Shown piece by piece: positions 48,212-60,099 of a DNA stretch of 64,000 nt. The stretch comes from Amphiscolops sp. MND2022 (taxonomy: Eukaryota), in contig OZ076409.1 of the NCBI GenBank assembly GCA_964187785.1, forward strand, positions 12,216,001 through 12,280,000, read 5' to 3'. Below the pieces are notes generated by a model, which made no database searches, had not been told where the DNA came from, and saw only the letters and a list, made by a program, of their open reading frames with translations. Each line of letters starts with the position of its first letter. The stretch's first letter is position 1. The position numbers and the translations under genes were made by a program.

Positions 48212-51200
48212 TTATTATTGTAAAAAGTGTAATTTATATATGCCTCGAGCAGATAAAGAATCTCATCTAAATTCAAATGAACATAAAAATAAAACCGAAC
48301 AACGAAGTGTTTGTAGTAAAGATATATCTGATACAACAAGACAATTCCAAAGTGAAATTCACCTACAAAATAATTAACGGAAGCAACAAAATAACTTTAC
48401 AAATTTCGGTAATGGAGTAGAAATAATTGTGAATGAAAATACATACATTAAACTGAAAGTAAATCCAACTGAAAATCTTGAATATCGTATGAATGAATTA
48501 TTAAGTAAAAGGTACTTTCCCCGATTTAAATATCAAATAATTTATTTGGCTAAGGTTTCAAAAACAGTTAATGGAGAAGAAAATGTATTTCACAAATGGG
48601 TTAAATCAGATTTTAATTAAAATCACACAAATCATACAATTCACAACACATTAATGCAGAAATTTGATGATGAACAATTAGAAGGATCAAGTTTTGTGTT
48701 AAACGGTATTGTCAATGTTGTATTAGAAATATACAAAGTCAATGATATTCAAACTTCTTCATACATTGAGTTGCCAGAAAAGTATAGGAATAATAAATCA
48801 ATTATAAAAATAAAAAATGATGATCAATATTGTTTTCTATGGTCTATCTTGGCGTATTTATATCCCTTTGGGAATAATAAAAACATAACATCAAAATTTT
48901 CAATGCATATGAACAGACTCAACCTAGAAGGTTTAGAATTCCCTATGAAAGATAAAGACATTCCCAAGTTTGAAAAACCTAATAACTTAAACGTAAATGA
49001 TTTTGAACTCACAAATAGTGTGTTAACACCAATCCATATAAATACGAACTATGATCAACCACAAACAGATTTATTATTATATGAAAATCACTATTGTCTA
49101 ATTACAAAATTACATTGTTTAATAAATCAAGATTCACATATGAAACATGTATGTAGAAGATGTCTAAGTGCATTTAGATCAGAATCGGTTCTACTTGATC
49201 ATATGGAAAGATGTATAAAACAACAACCAACTAAAATCAGTTTCAGTTATAAAGATCATCTGAAATTTGAAGATTATCATATGAAAGTTCCTGTACCAAT
49301 AAGAGTAGATGCAGATTTTGAATGTATTAATCATCCCACTCAAAACCCCAAAGTATTATTTAAACAAAATCCAATTGCAGTAGGATTTTATGTAATTTCA
49401 CCATTTGGAAACAAGTACAAGTCATACTTTGGAATAAAATGTACCAGAGGGAAGCAATACTGTACTAAATGGTTTGTAAAGGAAAAGTTAAAATTAGAAA
49501 AAAAGCAAAAAATATTTTAAAACAAATTTAGGACAAAAAATCCCCAAGAAGAAGATCAGTTTCAACAATCTACCATATGTTGGCTTTGCGAACAACCTTT
49601 TGCCGAAGGTGCTTCGCGTACTGAAGCTAAAGTAAGAGATCATGATCACCTAACAGGAAAATACAGAGGAGCAGCCCATTCTAAATGTAATTTAAACTGT
49701 ATACAAAAGTCATCAAGTTTTGTTCCTATATTTTTCCATAACTTTTCTGGGTATGATGGTTATCTTATATTTGAAGAACTCTTAACACAAGCTCACAAAT
49801 TGGGGTATCAACCAACAATAATTCCAAAGTCAAGGGAAAATTATGTATCAATTCAAGTAGGTTGTTTAAGATTCTTAGATTCATATCGTTTTCTAAGTAG
49901 TAGTTTAGATAAATTAGTTAATAGTTTAGACAACACACCTGTAATGGATGAAAATGGATCTACAGACAAATTATTCAAGAAGAAGTTAGCTTACCCTTTT
50001 GAATATTTTACGCTTAGTAACTTCCAAGAACCACCTAATCTAACTAAAGAAGATTCTTGGTCAACATTAACACAATCTTATCCATCAGATGATGATATAA
50101 AAAGACCCCAAGAATTAATTCAGAAGTTTAAAATTAAGAACGGACCAGAATTAACTATGTTATATTTGAAAATGGATGTTCTTATGTTGGGTGATGTATT
50201 CGAAAACTTTGTTGAAAAGTCTACTCTTATGTATGGTATTAATCCATTGTACTCATACTCAGCTCCTGGTTATACATGGAAAGCTGGTTTAATGTTGACC
50301 AATAAAAAGTTAGATTATATACGTGAAAAAGAATTATAATTACTTTTAGAAAATAAAATACGTGGAGGAATTTCAAGTGTTATGGGTGATCGTCATGTAC
50401 AAAGCACCTCCGGTGTGCAATCTGATGAAAATAAACAAATCTTATATATTGATTCAAACAATTTATATGCATGGGCAATGAGTCAATATCTTCCTACTGG
50501 TAACTTTGAAAAACTACAGCTTCCAGAAAACTACTCACTAGATCAATTAGTAGAAGATTTATAACAAATACCAGACAACATTGAATATGGTTATTTTATA
50601 GAATGTGATTTTTAATAACCTGTTGAAATTAAAGAAAAAACAAAAAACTTTCCATTGTGCCCTTCTTTAAACAAAAGCAGATCCAGACTTATTCTCAAGT
50701 TTTATGAATAATGTAAATCAAACTAATTCACAAAGCAACATCAAAACTTATGTGTGATGTAACAATAAATCGAAATATATGACACATTAAAGGGTATTTA
50801 AATTTTACATCGAAATGGGTAGGAAAATAACAAAGATACATACGATTTACACCTTCCGCCAATCACTTTGGTTAGAAAAATACATTAATCATAATACTCA
50901 AAAGAGAACCCAAGCAAGAACAAACTCTGAAAAAGACCTGTATAAATTAATGAACAATGCTTTCTTTGATAAGGTTATGGAAAATGTAAGAGAAAGAACA
51001 AATTTAGAATTCATTGATCATTCTGAAACTGATCAAATAATAAAAAGAGAATCGAAGTTAAGCTTTAAAAGTATTGTAAATTTTTACTCTGAATTCAGCG
51101 TTTATAAATATGATAAAGAAAAGTCAGTCTTTGATAAACCAATTTCTTTGGGGTTCTCTGTTTCAGAACTGAGTAAATTGTTAATGTATGAATTTTATTA

Positions 51201-51777
51201 TAAGAGTTTAGAACCACATTGGCAAAATAAAGTACATTTACATTATATGGATACAGTTTCTTTCGTTCTTAGTTTTGATGCAAACCAGGAAAATTTAATT
51301 GAGTTTTTAAAACAAAATAAAAATGAAATTGATTTTAGTGAATTAGAAAAATCTCATGAATTATATAATCCTCTTAACAAGAAAGTTACAGGAAAAATGA
51401 AAATTGAAAGAAGTCCAGTTTTAGTATTAGATAGCTTCACAGCTTTAAGATCAAAATCATATTCTTTTTCATATAGTGGAATACAGAAGTCAAAACAAAA
51501 AGGAATACAAAAAGCACCCAATAGTGAAGATTACAAGAATTCATTGTTTATATCCGAAACAACAAATGCAACAAATTGTTCAATTAGAATTAATTTACAT
51601 CAATTAAAAGTACAATACCAAAACCAACTAGCTTTGAATCCTTTTGATGATAAAAGAATGCACTTAAATTCAATAAAAAGTTTACCATGGGATAAACATA
51701 CACAAAAGTGTGACTGTCCTTGTATACTTTGTATAAAATTTACTGGTTTATATTATAAAGAACTAACCGAAAAATGT
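48120..51777 (+). pseudogene. Protein-primed family B DNA polymerase (pPolB) with N-terminal zinc fingers and an endonuclease VII/HNH insert; disrupted
   Basis: CFLWSILA, ADFEC, RDHDHLTGKYRGAAHSKCN, FHNFSGYD, RFLDSYRFL, DSNNLYAWAMSQYLP, KLMNN, YMDTVS (normally DTDS), GKMKIE; multiple stops and frameshifts. Confidence 0.92.
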
Positions 51778-51977
51778 NNNNNNNNNNNNNNNNNNNNNNN
51801 NNNNNNNNNNNNNNNNNNNNNNNNNNNNNNNNNNNNNNNNNNNNNNNNNNNNNNNNNNNNNNNNNNNNNNNNNNNNNNNNNNNNNNNNNNNNNNNNNNNN
51901 NNNNNNNNNNNNNNNNNNNNNNNNNNNNNNNNNNNNNNNNNNNNNNNNNNNNNNNNNNNNNNNNNNNNNNNNNNNNN
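51778..51977. other. Assembly gap (200 N)
   Basis: Run of n characters. Confidence 1.
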
Positions 51978-52045
51978 GCTCCGCATACAACAAAGCGAAA
52001 GGTGATATTTACAATTCTTCAGTTTGTGTATTTTTTTCTTTAAAA

Positions 52046-53083
52046 ATGAATATAAAAATTCATATAGGTTTATTATGTATGTTTCTTATTATAGTTTTAT
52101 ATATTTATTGGTATTATATTAGACCTAGACATTACGAAAAATTATACCAAAAACTAAAACAATTCAAAGGATTTCCACATTCTCATTTAACTTATCAACC
52201 TGAAGAAGAACCCCAACTCAAACCAATTACAAATGCAGCAAAGCTGGCTACGCATACAAATAGTCATATGTCAATTTTTGGTACTAGTGGGTCAGGTAGG
52301 ACTAGTTTCTTGAAATATTATTTAGATCAAACTAAATCAAATATTATAGTATTCGGTAGAGATGAGACTGAGTTTAGTGATAATTATGTACCTTTGTTGC
52401 AGTTAGAAAATATTGAAATAGAGAAACTTGCTCATAGAACGATAATTTCAGACGATGCAGGTGCATATAGAAACCTTAAAACAAAAGTAGAAGATTTGTT
52501 TAGATTTGGTAGACATCATAATATACAAGATATTTATCTTGCATACTATGCAAAGGATGTTTTTCCAGTTGTAAGAGAAAATTGTTTTAAGTTATATATT
52601 AGAATAAAAATTCCAGATTGTTTCTTTGAAACCATAATACAAACTTATTCAATCAAAAAATTAAGGTGGAAACAATACCGTGATCAGTTAGAATTTGGTG
52701 TAAATGAATTTGATACTAGATCACAAAAGTATAAAATACTCAATCAAAAGTATCAAGTAGTATATGATACAACTAAACATAAATGGAGTTCTGAAGATTA
52801 TGTAAAATATGAAAATTATTTTTTTACAGGTGAAGAATATAATAGATTAAAAGTTTTTTTAGAAGAGATGTTAGATCAAACAATTGAAAAACACCTTTTA
52901 GTGTAGCTTTATATTTTGTATTTTATTGTAAACAAAATAGAATAAAAGTAATTGAATCTAAAATAGATAATTACATCGATAGAATGCAACAACCATTGAC
53001 TTCAGACCAACTTAAAGAGGAATTTAAGAAGATAATAAAATGGAACAAGCAATTAGACACAGTAAATCTAGCATTGCAAATAG
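52046..53083 (+). pseudogene. A32/FtsK-HerA-like ATPase 1 with N-terminal transmembrane helix; frameshifted near 52900
   Basis: IGLLCMFLIIVLYIYWYYI; Walker A-like GTSGSGRT, Walker B IISDD, FRFGRHHNI, VREN. Confidence 0.75.
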
Positions 53084-53211
53084 TTTAAAATAAATAAAAT
53101 TGGGTTTGATTTCTTAGTGATTTCCGCATTCACTAAGAGCTTTTTTTGTCACTAAGCAAATAGCTTACACTTAAGAAAATATGCACTTAGTGACAATTTT
53201 TTACTAATTAA

Positions 53212-54209
53212 ATGAAGTGTTTAGTTTGAGGAAAAAGTAATGAAAAATCTGTCTGCTCCGATTGTGAGAATAAAAAAAGATGTAAAGGGTGTAATATACT
53301 GAAAACAGATTTTTACAAATATAAAAATAACAAAACAGATAGTACATGTATAAAATGTTTCAATAAAAAAGTAAAATGTGAACTCTGTAATAAGGGGTTT
53401 GAGAGAATATTTATCAAAACATTTAAAAAGATGTCCTATAGAGAAGATGCATTTAAATGATAATAAAAATGTAAACAATATTCATAGTAATATTTATAAT
53501 ATTGAAAAGTATAATAATGAAAATCATAATGATGAAAGTCATAATGATAATAATATGTTCACCAGAGGCCAGCAAAGCTGTAATCGAACATTAATAGTTG
53601 GCCCATCATTTTGTGGTAAAACTCATTTGTTATTAAACAAATTACAATTATTTCTTATTTCGGTGATATGATAAAGAAAAACAAAGACACATCATTACGA
53701 CAAGTCCTGAACAAAACTCGGATACGCAAAGCGCTTTCGGTACAGAAATAGAAGACACCGAAGGCGCGTCGCGTATAAGAGTGGAAGAAGATCTAGAAGG
53801 TAGAACAATACAAGATTTTCAAAATTGTTGTGTTGTATTTGATGATATGTTGGATAGTAATCAAAAGCTAATAGATCCATTTTTTTACTAGAGGAAGACA
53901 TAATGATTTAGATGTTTATTATTTATCACAGTCATATTTTGATTTGCCTAAACGCACCATACGCAATAATAGTAATATCATAATTTTATTCCAACAAACA
54001 TTGAAAGATGTTGAACATATATACAGAGACATTGCAGGTTTTGATATGTCTTATGATTAATTTAAAAGTTTATGTAAAAAAGCTTGGAAAGATAAATACA
54101 ACTACTTAATAATAAATAGATTAGAAGATAAAAATGGCAAAAAAATATGATATGTAATGAATCTAATCCGCAATACCAGTTCTTCAATCCACAAACTGAT
54201 CCTTTTTAG
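53212..54209 (+). pseudogene. A32-like packaging ATPase 2 with Cys-rich N-terminus; disrupted
   Basis: GPSFCGKT, VVFDDML, TRGRHNDLDVYYLSQSYFDLPKRTIRNNSNIIILF across frameshifts; several CxxC pairs from the ATG at 53212. Confidence 0.85.
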
Positions 54210-55243
54210 TAAAACTGCTTATAAGGTTTTGATGTTGATTTGTTGTAATACATTGGTATTGTAATAGTTTATCTGTAATTGCTACGATTTGTTCACTAAG
54301 CTTAGGATTATCATAACCCTCCTACTTTTTCTAACACGATTATTTTCAGTTGATCTACAAGCTCATCTGGATCAGATGGAAGGAAAACCCAAATCAAAGA
54401 TTTGCTCCGGCTAGTAGCCCGTGTATTCTGATTTAATCCACTTCCCAATTGGGAGTCTCGATAAAAGATCTCTCGATAAGGGATCTCTCGATACTTATAT
54501 TGAATAATTAAATCTTTAATGACAAAATATCTCCTTGATTTTTTATCTACATATTTCAGATTATATTACATATCATTCAGAAAAGAATGAATTAGATTCT
54601 CGTTTTGAATTTCTTTGGCTGTTTGTGTATTAGCTATGAAATATGAAAGATTTGGATCATTCAAATTATATGTGTTACCATTCTGGAAAGTCATCGTTGA
54701 ACCTTTAATTAATACTTGTTGAGGATTAGTCGGGTTAATTGTAAATAAATTTGGATTACCTTCACCGAAATGGTCACGGGTTCTAAACTAAATTGACTTT
54801 TGTTTTGGTCATTAAGCAAATTAGAAACTGTCTTAACGATACTAGAATAAACTTTGTTTGAAATAATTAGGTTATTACCAAGTTGATTATTACGGTTAGT
54901 AATTTCATCGTATTCTTTAATAGATTTTTGTAATTTTTTATTAAGGATGTTACTAGACTCTCGTATTGCTTGTACAAACCCTAGGGTTTGCTGGCCAGTG
55001 GCCCGTGTTGTAGTTTCGGTAGAATCACGTAGTGCTTGTGTTTGCTTTTCAGATTCTAGCTTGGTTTGGGTTTGGCTTTGTTTCTGTAACAGGTTCAGTA
55101 CCAGGTTCGAAAACTTCTTCTATATCGTGATGAAAGTCTTGCTTCCCAAGTTTCTCTTTCAATCTTTCAGCTTTTAATAGATTTTGATTCTTGCAATTTT
55201 TTTTTAATTTTTCTAAATCATCTCGATTATGAATTGAATACAT
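54185..55243 (-). pseudogene. Uncharacterised Polinton-type protein; disrupted
   Basis: N-terminus ...LKEKLGKQDFHHDIEEVFEP; C-terminal FLPSDPDELVDQLKII..EK.GG...EQIVAITDKLL motif of a type I recall from Polinton accessory ORFs; 3' end approximate. Confidence 0.55.
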
Positions 55244-55373
55244 AATTATTTGTTAACAAAAAATGTAAGGTATCTCTGATATAGATATTGATATCTGGAA
55301 TCAAAGATTCCTTATTATTTAAATTACAGCAAAGCCAGCGAAGCTATACTGTAAATCAAAGAATTTAACCTAA

Positions 55374-55759
55374 TTATAAACCCTTCCCTTGATGAACAAA
55401 TTTTTTAATATCAGGTGCAGTTGCAGCAATAAGTTTTGGATTTTTACTTGCTGCAGTTCCAATATTTGCTGCTATTTCGAGTGCTCTTCCGGGATCATTG
55501 AGTGTTTTCTTTCCAACATTCTTGGCTGCAGAGCCCAAATGTTCAAAAAAATTACCCAATCCTTCTGCTTGAATTGTTTGATCTGATACAATTAATGATT
55601 TATTTCTTTTTCAAGATGAACACGTACCTCCTAATAGTTTTACAGGTAATCCTGTTTTTTTTTTTAATTTTGAGTAATATCTCCACGAATATTCATGGTA
55701 GCGGAATAAAGTTTTCCACCAACACAATATGAATTCTTTTTATATTTACTAAAGCTCAT
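55374..55759 (-). pseudogene. Small basic virion-type protein (Zn-knuckle-like N-terminus, amphipathic Gly/Ala-rich C-terminus)
   Basis: MSFSKYKKNSYCVGGK...GTCSS*KRNKS...AEGLGNFFEHLGSAAKNVGKK; one frameshift and a stop. Confidence 0.55.
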
Positions 55760-55815
55760 TTATTAAGAAAAAAATATTCATTTTTTTCTAAGCAAACCTG
55801 TGGTTTGTATATTTA

Positions 55816-56855
55816 TTAAATCTTGATAATTTGAATTGTAAAGGTTAATGTTTCGGAGTTGAAATCAACTGGGTTATTGTTGTTATGCTCAAGGAAAAAT
55901 TGAATACTATCTAACCTTGTTTTGTTTATGTTTTTGTAAAAAAAAATAATATTAGGTTCTTTTTAATTTTATATCCTGGAGGAGCACTAAGATTAAAACT
56001 AAATAGTATTTGTTCTCTAATCCCGTTAACAATTGAACCATCTTCACAATCACATTTGGGATGAACTTTGTCGTTGTTATCAGGACTGGTTTTTCTGATT
56101 TATGTGTTCCTGCTTGTTAGCCCTTGTTTGTAAATCCTGAAAGGGTGTTAAGTTCTGAATAAAATAAATGGGTTTTGTGGTTTTTAAAAGTGATTTCATC
56201 GATATTGTATCTGCTTCTATGTTGAATTAAAAGTCATCAAGATCAGTATTAGAACAATTTGAAGAAAGTTTTTGATTGGTGGCATTATTTATTTTGATTA
56301 ATTCAAATGCTCCTGGTGGTATTTTAATTTCAAAGCAATCAATTACACTTCCAAATCTCACAATGTTAATAATATTTGTTTTATCTTCAATGTTTTTAGT
56401 AATTTGATCAATTATTTACTTTATTTCATTATAATATTTTACAGGAAGTATGTCATCTTCAAAATTACTATCCTTTATAAACTTTCTAAATTCTTCTATA
56501 TTAGAAGTTCCTTTATTAGAGGTTTCATATAAATGTTTTATCTTTGACACAAATTCATCTGCAGCTTTATATTCTTTTAGGTCTCTTTATGTATAAGAAA
56601 GTTCAAGTTTATTATTCTTTTCAGTAATGTTATATATGGTGTTGTATACTTCTAAACTTGTTACCCCCATCGTCCATTTTTCAGGCATTTCCAATGGAAT
56701 ATCAAAGAAAAAGATACTTTTTGTTTATTCATTTTAAATTTCAAAGTTTCTTGTGGTTTGGAATGTGTATTTTCAAAAATATCCAAATTAGATTTTGCAA
56801 TACTCAACAAAAAAGATTCTTGTTTATTATAAGTTACAAAATTTGATAGATCCTT
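55816..56855 (-). pseudogene. Minor capsid (penton-like single jelly-roll) protein; disrupted
   Basis: GVTSLEVYNTIYNITEKNNK, IPPGAFEL, KCDCEDGSIVNGIREQILFSF..SAPPGYKI, IQFFLEH...PVDFNSETLTFTIQI. Confidence 0.75.
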
Positions 56856-56858
56856 TTA

Positions 56859-57065
56859 TTAAGATGAAAATTGTTTAAATCCACTTGCGGATATGTTATT
56901 TATAAATTCTTGATATTGTTTTGATAATTTTTTCTTAATCCCATTCGGAATACAGCTTTGCAGGCTTTGCATATTATTTGCAGACTTTTTCGAATGGTTT
57001 TGATTTTGATTGGGTTGTTCTGATATGATTTTATAATGAACTGAATATATACTAACTTTCTTCAT
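56859..57065 (-). CDS. Small hypothetical protein of the element (68 aa)
   Basis: ATG abuts the protease stop (TAAATG); same strand as its neighbours. Confidence 0.4.
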   Translation of the reverse strand: MKKVSIYSVHYKIISEQPNQNQNHSKKSANNMQSLQSCIPNGIKKKLSKQYQEFINNISASGFKQFSS

Positions 57066-57507
57066 TTATTTATGATAAAATGTTTGATAGTATAAATTTA
57101 AAACTGCATTTTTAAAACCTATTTTATTTGTGAGATACAACACATACAAACAATACGCTGCACAATATCTATCATTTTTCTGAATTTGATATTCTGAACA
57201 GATACCTTTTTAATGTGATTAAGTATATTAGTTGGAGGTGGGCATCCATATGAATCAAAATATTTTTGATTTTTACCGGAGGCGCTCTGCACCGAAGGAG
57301 CTTCGCTTGTAAACATAACCCAGTGTGTTCCATTTGTTGGATGTAAGTTAACTTTACCTGATGTGGTGGTAAATTGATCATCTCTCATATATACCCCGGT
57401 TGAGTTTAATTTGAGTGTGCCAAGGATTTCTTTTATTTTTACACTAGACGTTGTTCATTTTTGAATCCATATTTATCAACAAATTCTTTGAATGACAAAT
57501 AATTCGT
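57066..57507 (-). pseudogene. Adenain-like cysteine maturation protease; frameshifted, start codon ATG>ACG
   Basis: VNLHPTNGTHWV, YFDSYGCPPP, QIQKNDRYCAAYCLY (His/Asp/Gln/Cys catalytic motifs). Confidence 0.85.
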
Positions 57508-57517
57508 TTAAGAAAAT

Positions 57518-58705
57518 TGACCTGTTTTTTCGAGGCGTTTGACTGATTTAGAATGATCTGATTTGAAGGATTTTTTAAAATATGAATCACAAATACTACA
57601 ATACTCCATTTCTATTTATTAAAGAAAAAATAGTTTAATTGAAAATTTTTCAATTATATTTTTTCAAAAAATTGGTGAAAAAAGATTTTTTATTTGTGAG
57701 TTAAAGGTAGCAAAATTCATCAACAAATTCTTTGAATGACAAATACAGCTTCGCTGGCTTTGCATAATTCACTTGAGAAAAATATTTTGTTGAAATTTTT
57801 TATTGGCTTTGCTTATAATAATTTTTTTCATCAATTTCAATTTTGTTAAAATGAAAAAAAAACAATTTTCACACCTGTTTTGACACCTGGTAATTAGTGG
57901 GTTGATTGTAGAGAAAATCCGCATTTCCAAATTGCGTGTAACTTTTAATTATCTACAACTTTTGTATCTGTTGTTTTTCTCAAAAATGACTTCCTGTTGA
58001 GATATTGGGCAAATTATGTTTTCCCATGTATTAACATTAAGTATAATTCACAAGAACTAGAACAACTTCATTCTCGACAATTGCAAAAAAGAGCCAAAAA
58101 TTTGTCACAGAGCAAATTTTTTGCCAAAATTTTTGCCAGCAAAAATATTTTTGCCAAAATTTTTGGCAGGCTGGCACGAATTCTGGCAACTTTGCTTTGA
58201 TGTTTCTTTCATATTTCTCAAGTGTGAAATGTCAATTTGTATGCACTGCACACTTCACTGCAAAAATGAATTGAATTGCACATGCGAAGCGCCTTTGGCA
58301 TGTTACACTTTTAAGCCAGCGTTGCTGTAAATCATTCCAAAAAATTTTTGCTACACTAATTTTCTCTATTACCATACACATTGCACCATAGAGGTTAGTA
58401 AATTTTTTTTTGCTTCATGGCAAAATGTTTATTAAAAAATTTGCTCATCGATTTTTATATTGTTAATATTTTAGTTGTGAAAGAACGCTATTTTTTGATG
58501 ATTTGCCTTGAAAAATTGCTAAATTTTGATGATTTTACGAGCTTAAATTTTTTCATATCCGGAACGGGATTTCTCCTACTACTACCAATACTTTCACATT
58601 TTGAAGTGAAATGCTATTTTTCAGCCTTAGATATGGCGTCGACTTGGGCCGGTCCCGGCTTGTTTTTCTTAGTTTTAAAGAAGGACCGTGCGTACTGAAA
58701 ACCAT
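57518..58705 (-). repeat. Right inverted arm (TIR) of the Polinton-like element
   Basis: Ends GGACCGTGCGTACTGAAAACCAT; mirror of the left arm. Confidence 0.85.
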
Positions 58706-60099
58706 CGTGACGACACTACTTGAACAGGTTCAGGGGGTCCACAAAATCAAAGGATCGTCGGAATAATCAATGATTTTCATGATATGTGTTGGTGATACAT
58801 TAAAGACTTTGACACATTAAAACCTTTGATGCACCCCTTCTTTCACATAGACATAGGCGCAGACATTTGCTATCATATCGATCATGGCTGTGATACACGA
58901 GAGAAAAACACTATTATTGTATGGGGATGGATGAGTTCTATTATACAATAAGTGTAAATGACCTATGCAAAGCAAAATCAGAAATCAACCAAGGCGCAGG
59001 TTCACTAGAAAAGGAAATCACGCCATGTATTTGCTGCTCGGATTTTTCAATTGAATTTTTATCATTTGCTCTCCCAAATGTAACACCTCTAGCAAATCTT
59101 GCACCGCAGTTTTTTTCGGAGAAAAAAGGAAAAAATAAAATAAAAGATTTTTAGATACAGCCAGTCAGCAACCATTAAGGTCTTGATTACAATCTGAAAG
59201 CGTACATTGTTATTTTCGACATATCGAAATTGAAAGTAGCACAACGCCCATTAAACCGAAAGCCAAAGCCTTTGTTAGTTCGGTTCCTCTCTGAACATGG
59301 TTGCAATAAACAAGAAGAAGAGATCAATTAACCTTCGGGATGTGGCAGTACAAATGAGTTTCTATCATTGATTCCAGAACAAAGTAAGTAGTATAATTAG
59401 AATTGACACAGAAGGAAGGCAAGTGAGGATTGCAGGGTTATAAGAATTAATCGATGTTTGCAATAAAGCCAGCCAACGCGTTTATAACATGCTTGTTTTC
59501 GCAATTTAGCAAACCAACTAGCGTTTCGTCAAAGTTTTGATTTTGAAGCTCCTTAATGAAACTCCTTCGGTGTTCTTGGTATGAGACACAGGAAAATAAG
59601 AAATGTGAAGTATCATCGACAACTCTACAATAGGGACAAATATCGGTTTTGCTCTTTTTACTTCTGAATATTACTTCGCGTACTTCAAAATCAGTGGCAC
59701 GCTAATAAGTTCGAACCCATAAGTTCGAATTTTAATTTCGAATGGACTAAGTTCGAATTTTCCAAAAACCGGAACAAGTTCGAATCACTGTGTTCGAATT
59801 TTTAACTATGTATAAAACGTGCCACTGATATTACCACATTTCATCTAGTGCCCCACGGCCCCTTGGGGCCGCTTATGTTCCCATCTTGCTAAGCGAGGTC
59901 GAACAGGAGCAAAGACCTAGCGGGAACGGAGATCGATAGGATATGGTGCAAGCATTTTCATGATGCTGTTTCTTACTTTAAGCCCTGAGTAATTTGAGTA
60001 CATAAGAACTTGCTTTATTTCTCGTTGCCATAAGTGCCTGCAATACTCATCCACCTCCTTCTTAAAAGTACTGACTGAGGATTGTCTAACATATTGTAT

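Larger units (their letters stand above)
46685..58705. mobile_element. Decayed Polinton/Maverick-like (adintovirus-like) endogenous element
   Basis: ~1.2 kb inverted arms flank intronless AT-rich genes for pPolB, A32-like ATPases, minor capsid protein and adenain protease; many stops and frameshifts; internal N gap. Confidence 0.88.

Noticed and set aside
51753..52043. ORFs containing long X runs
   Set aside because: Artefacts of the N gap
46670..58720. Target-site duplication for the Polinton-like element
   Set aside because: Flanks (CATGAAAA versus CGTGACGA) are not direct repeats
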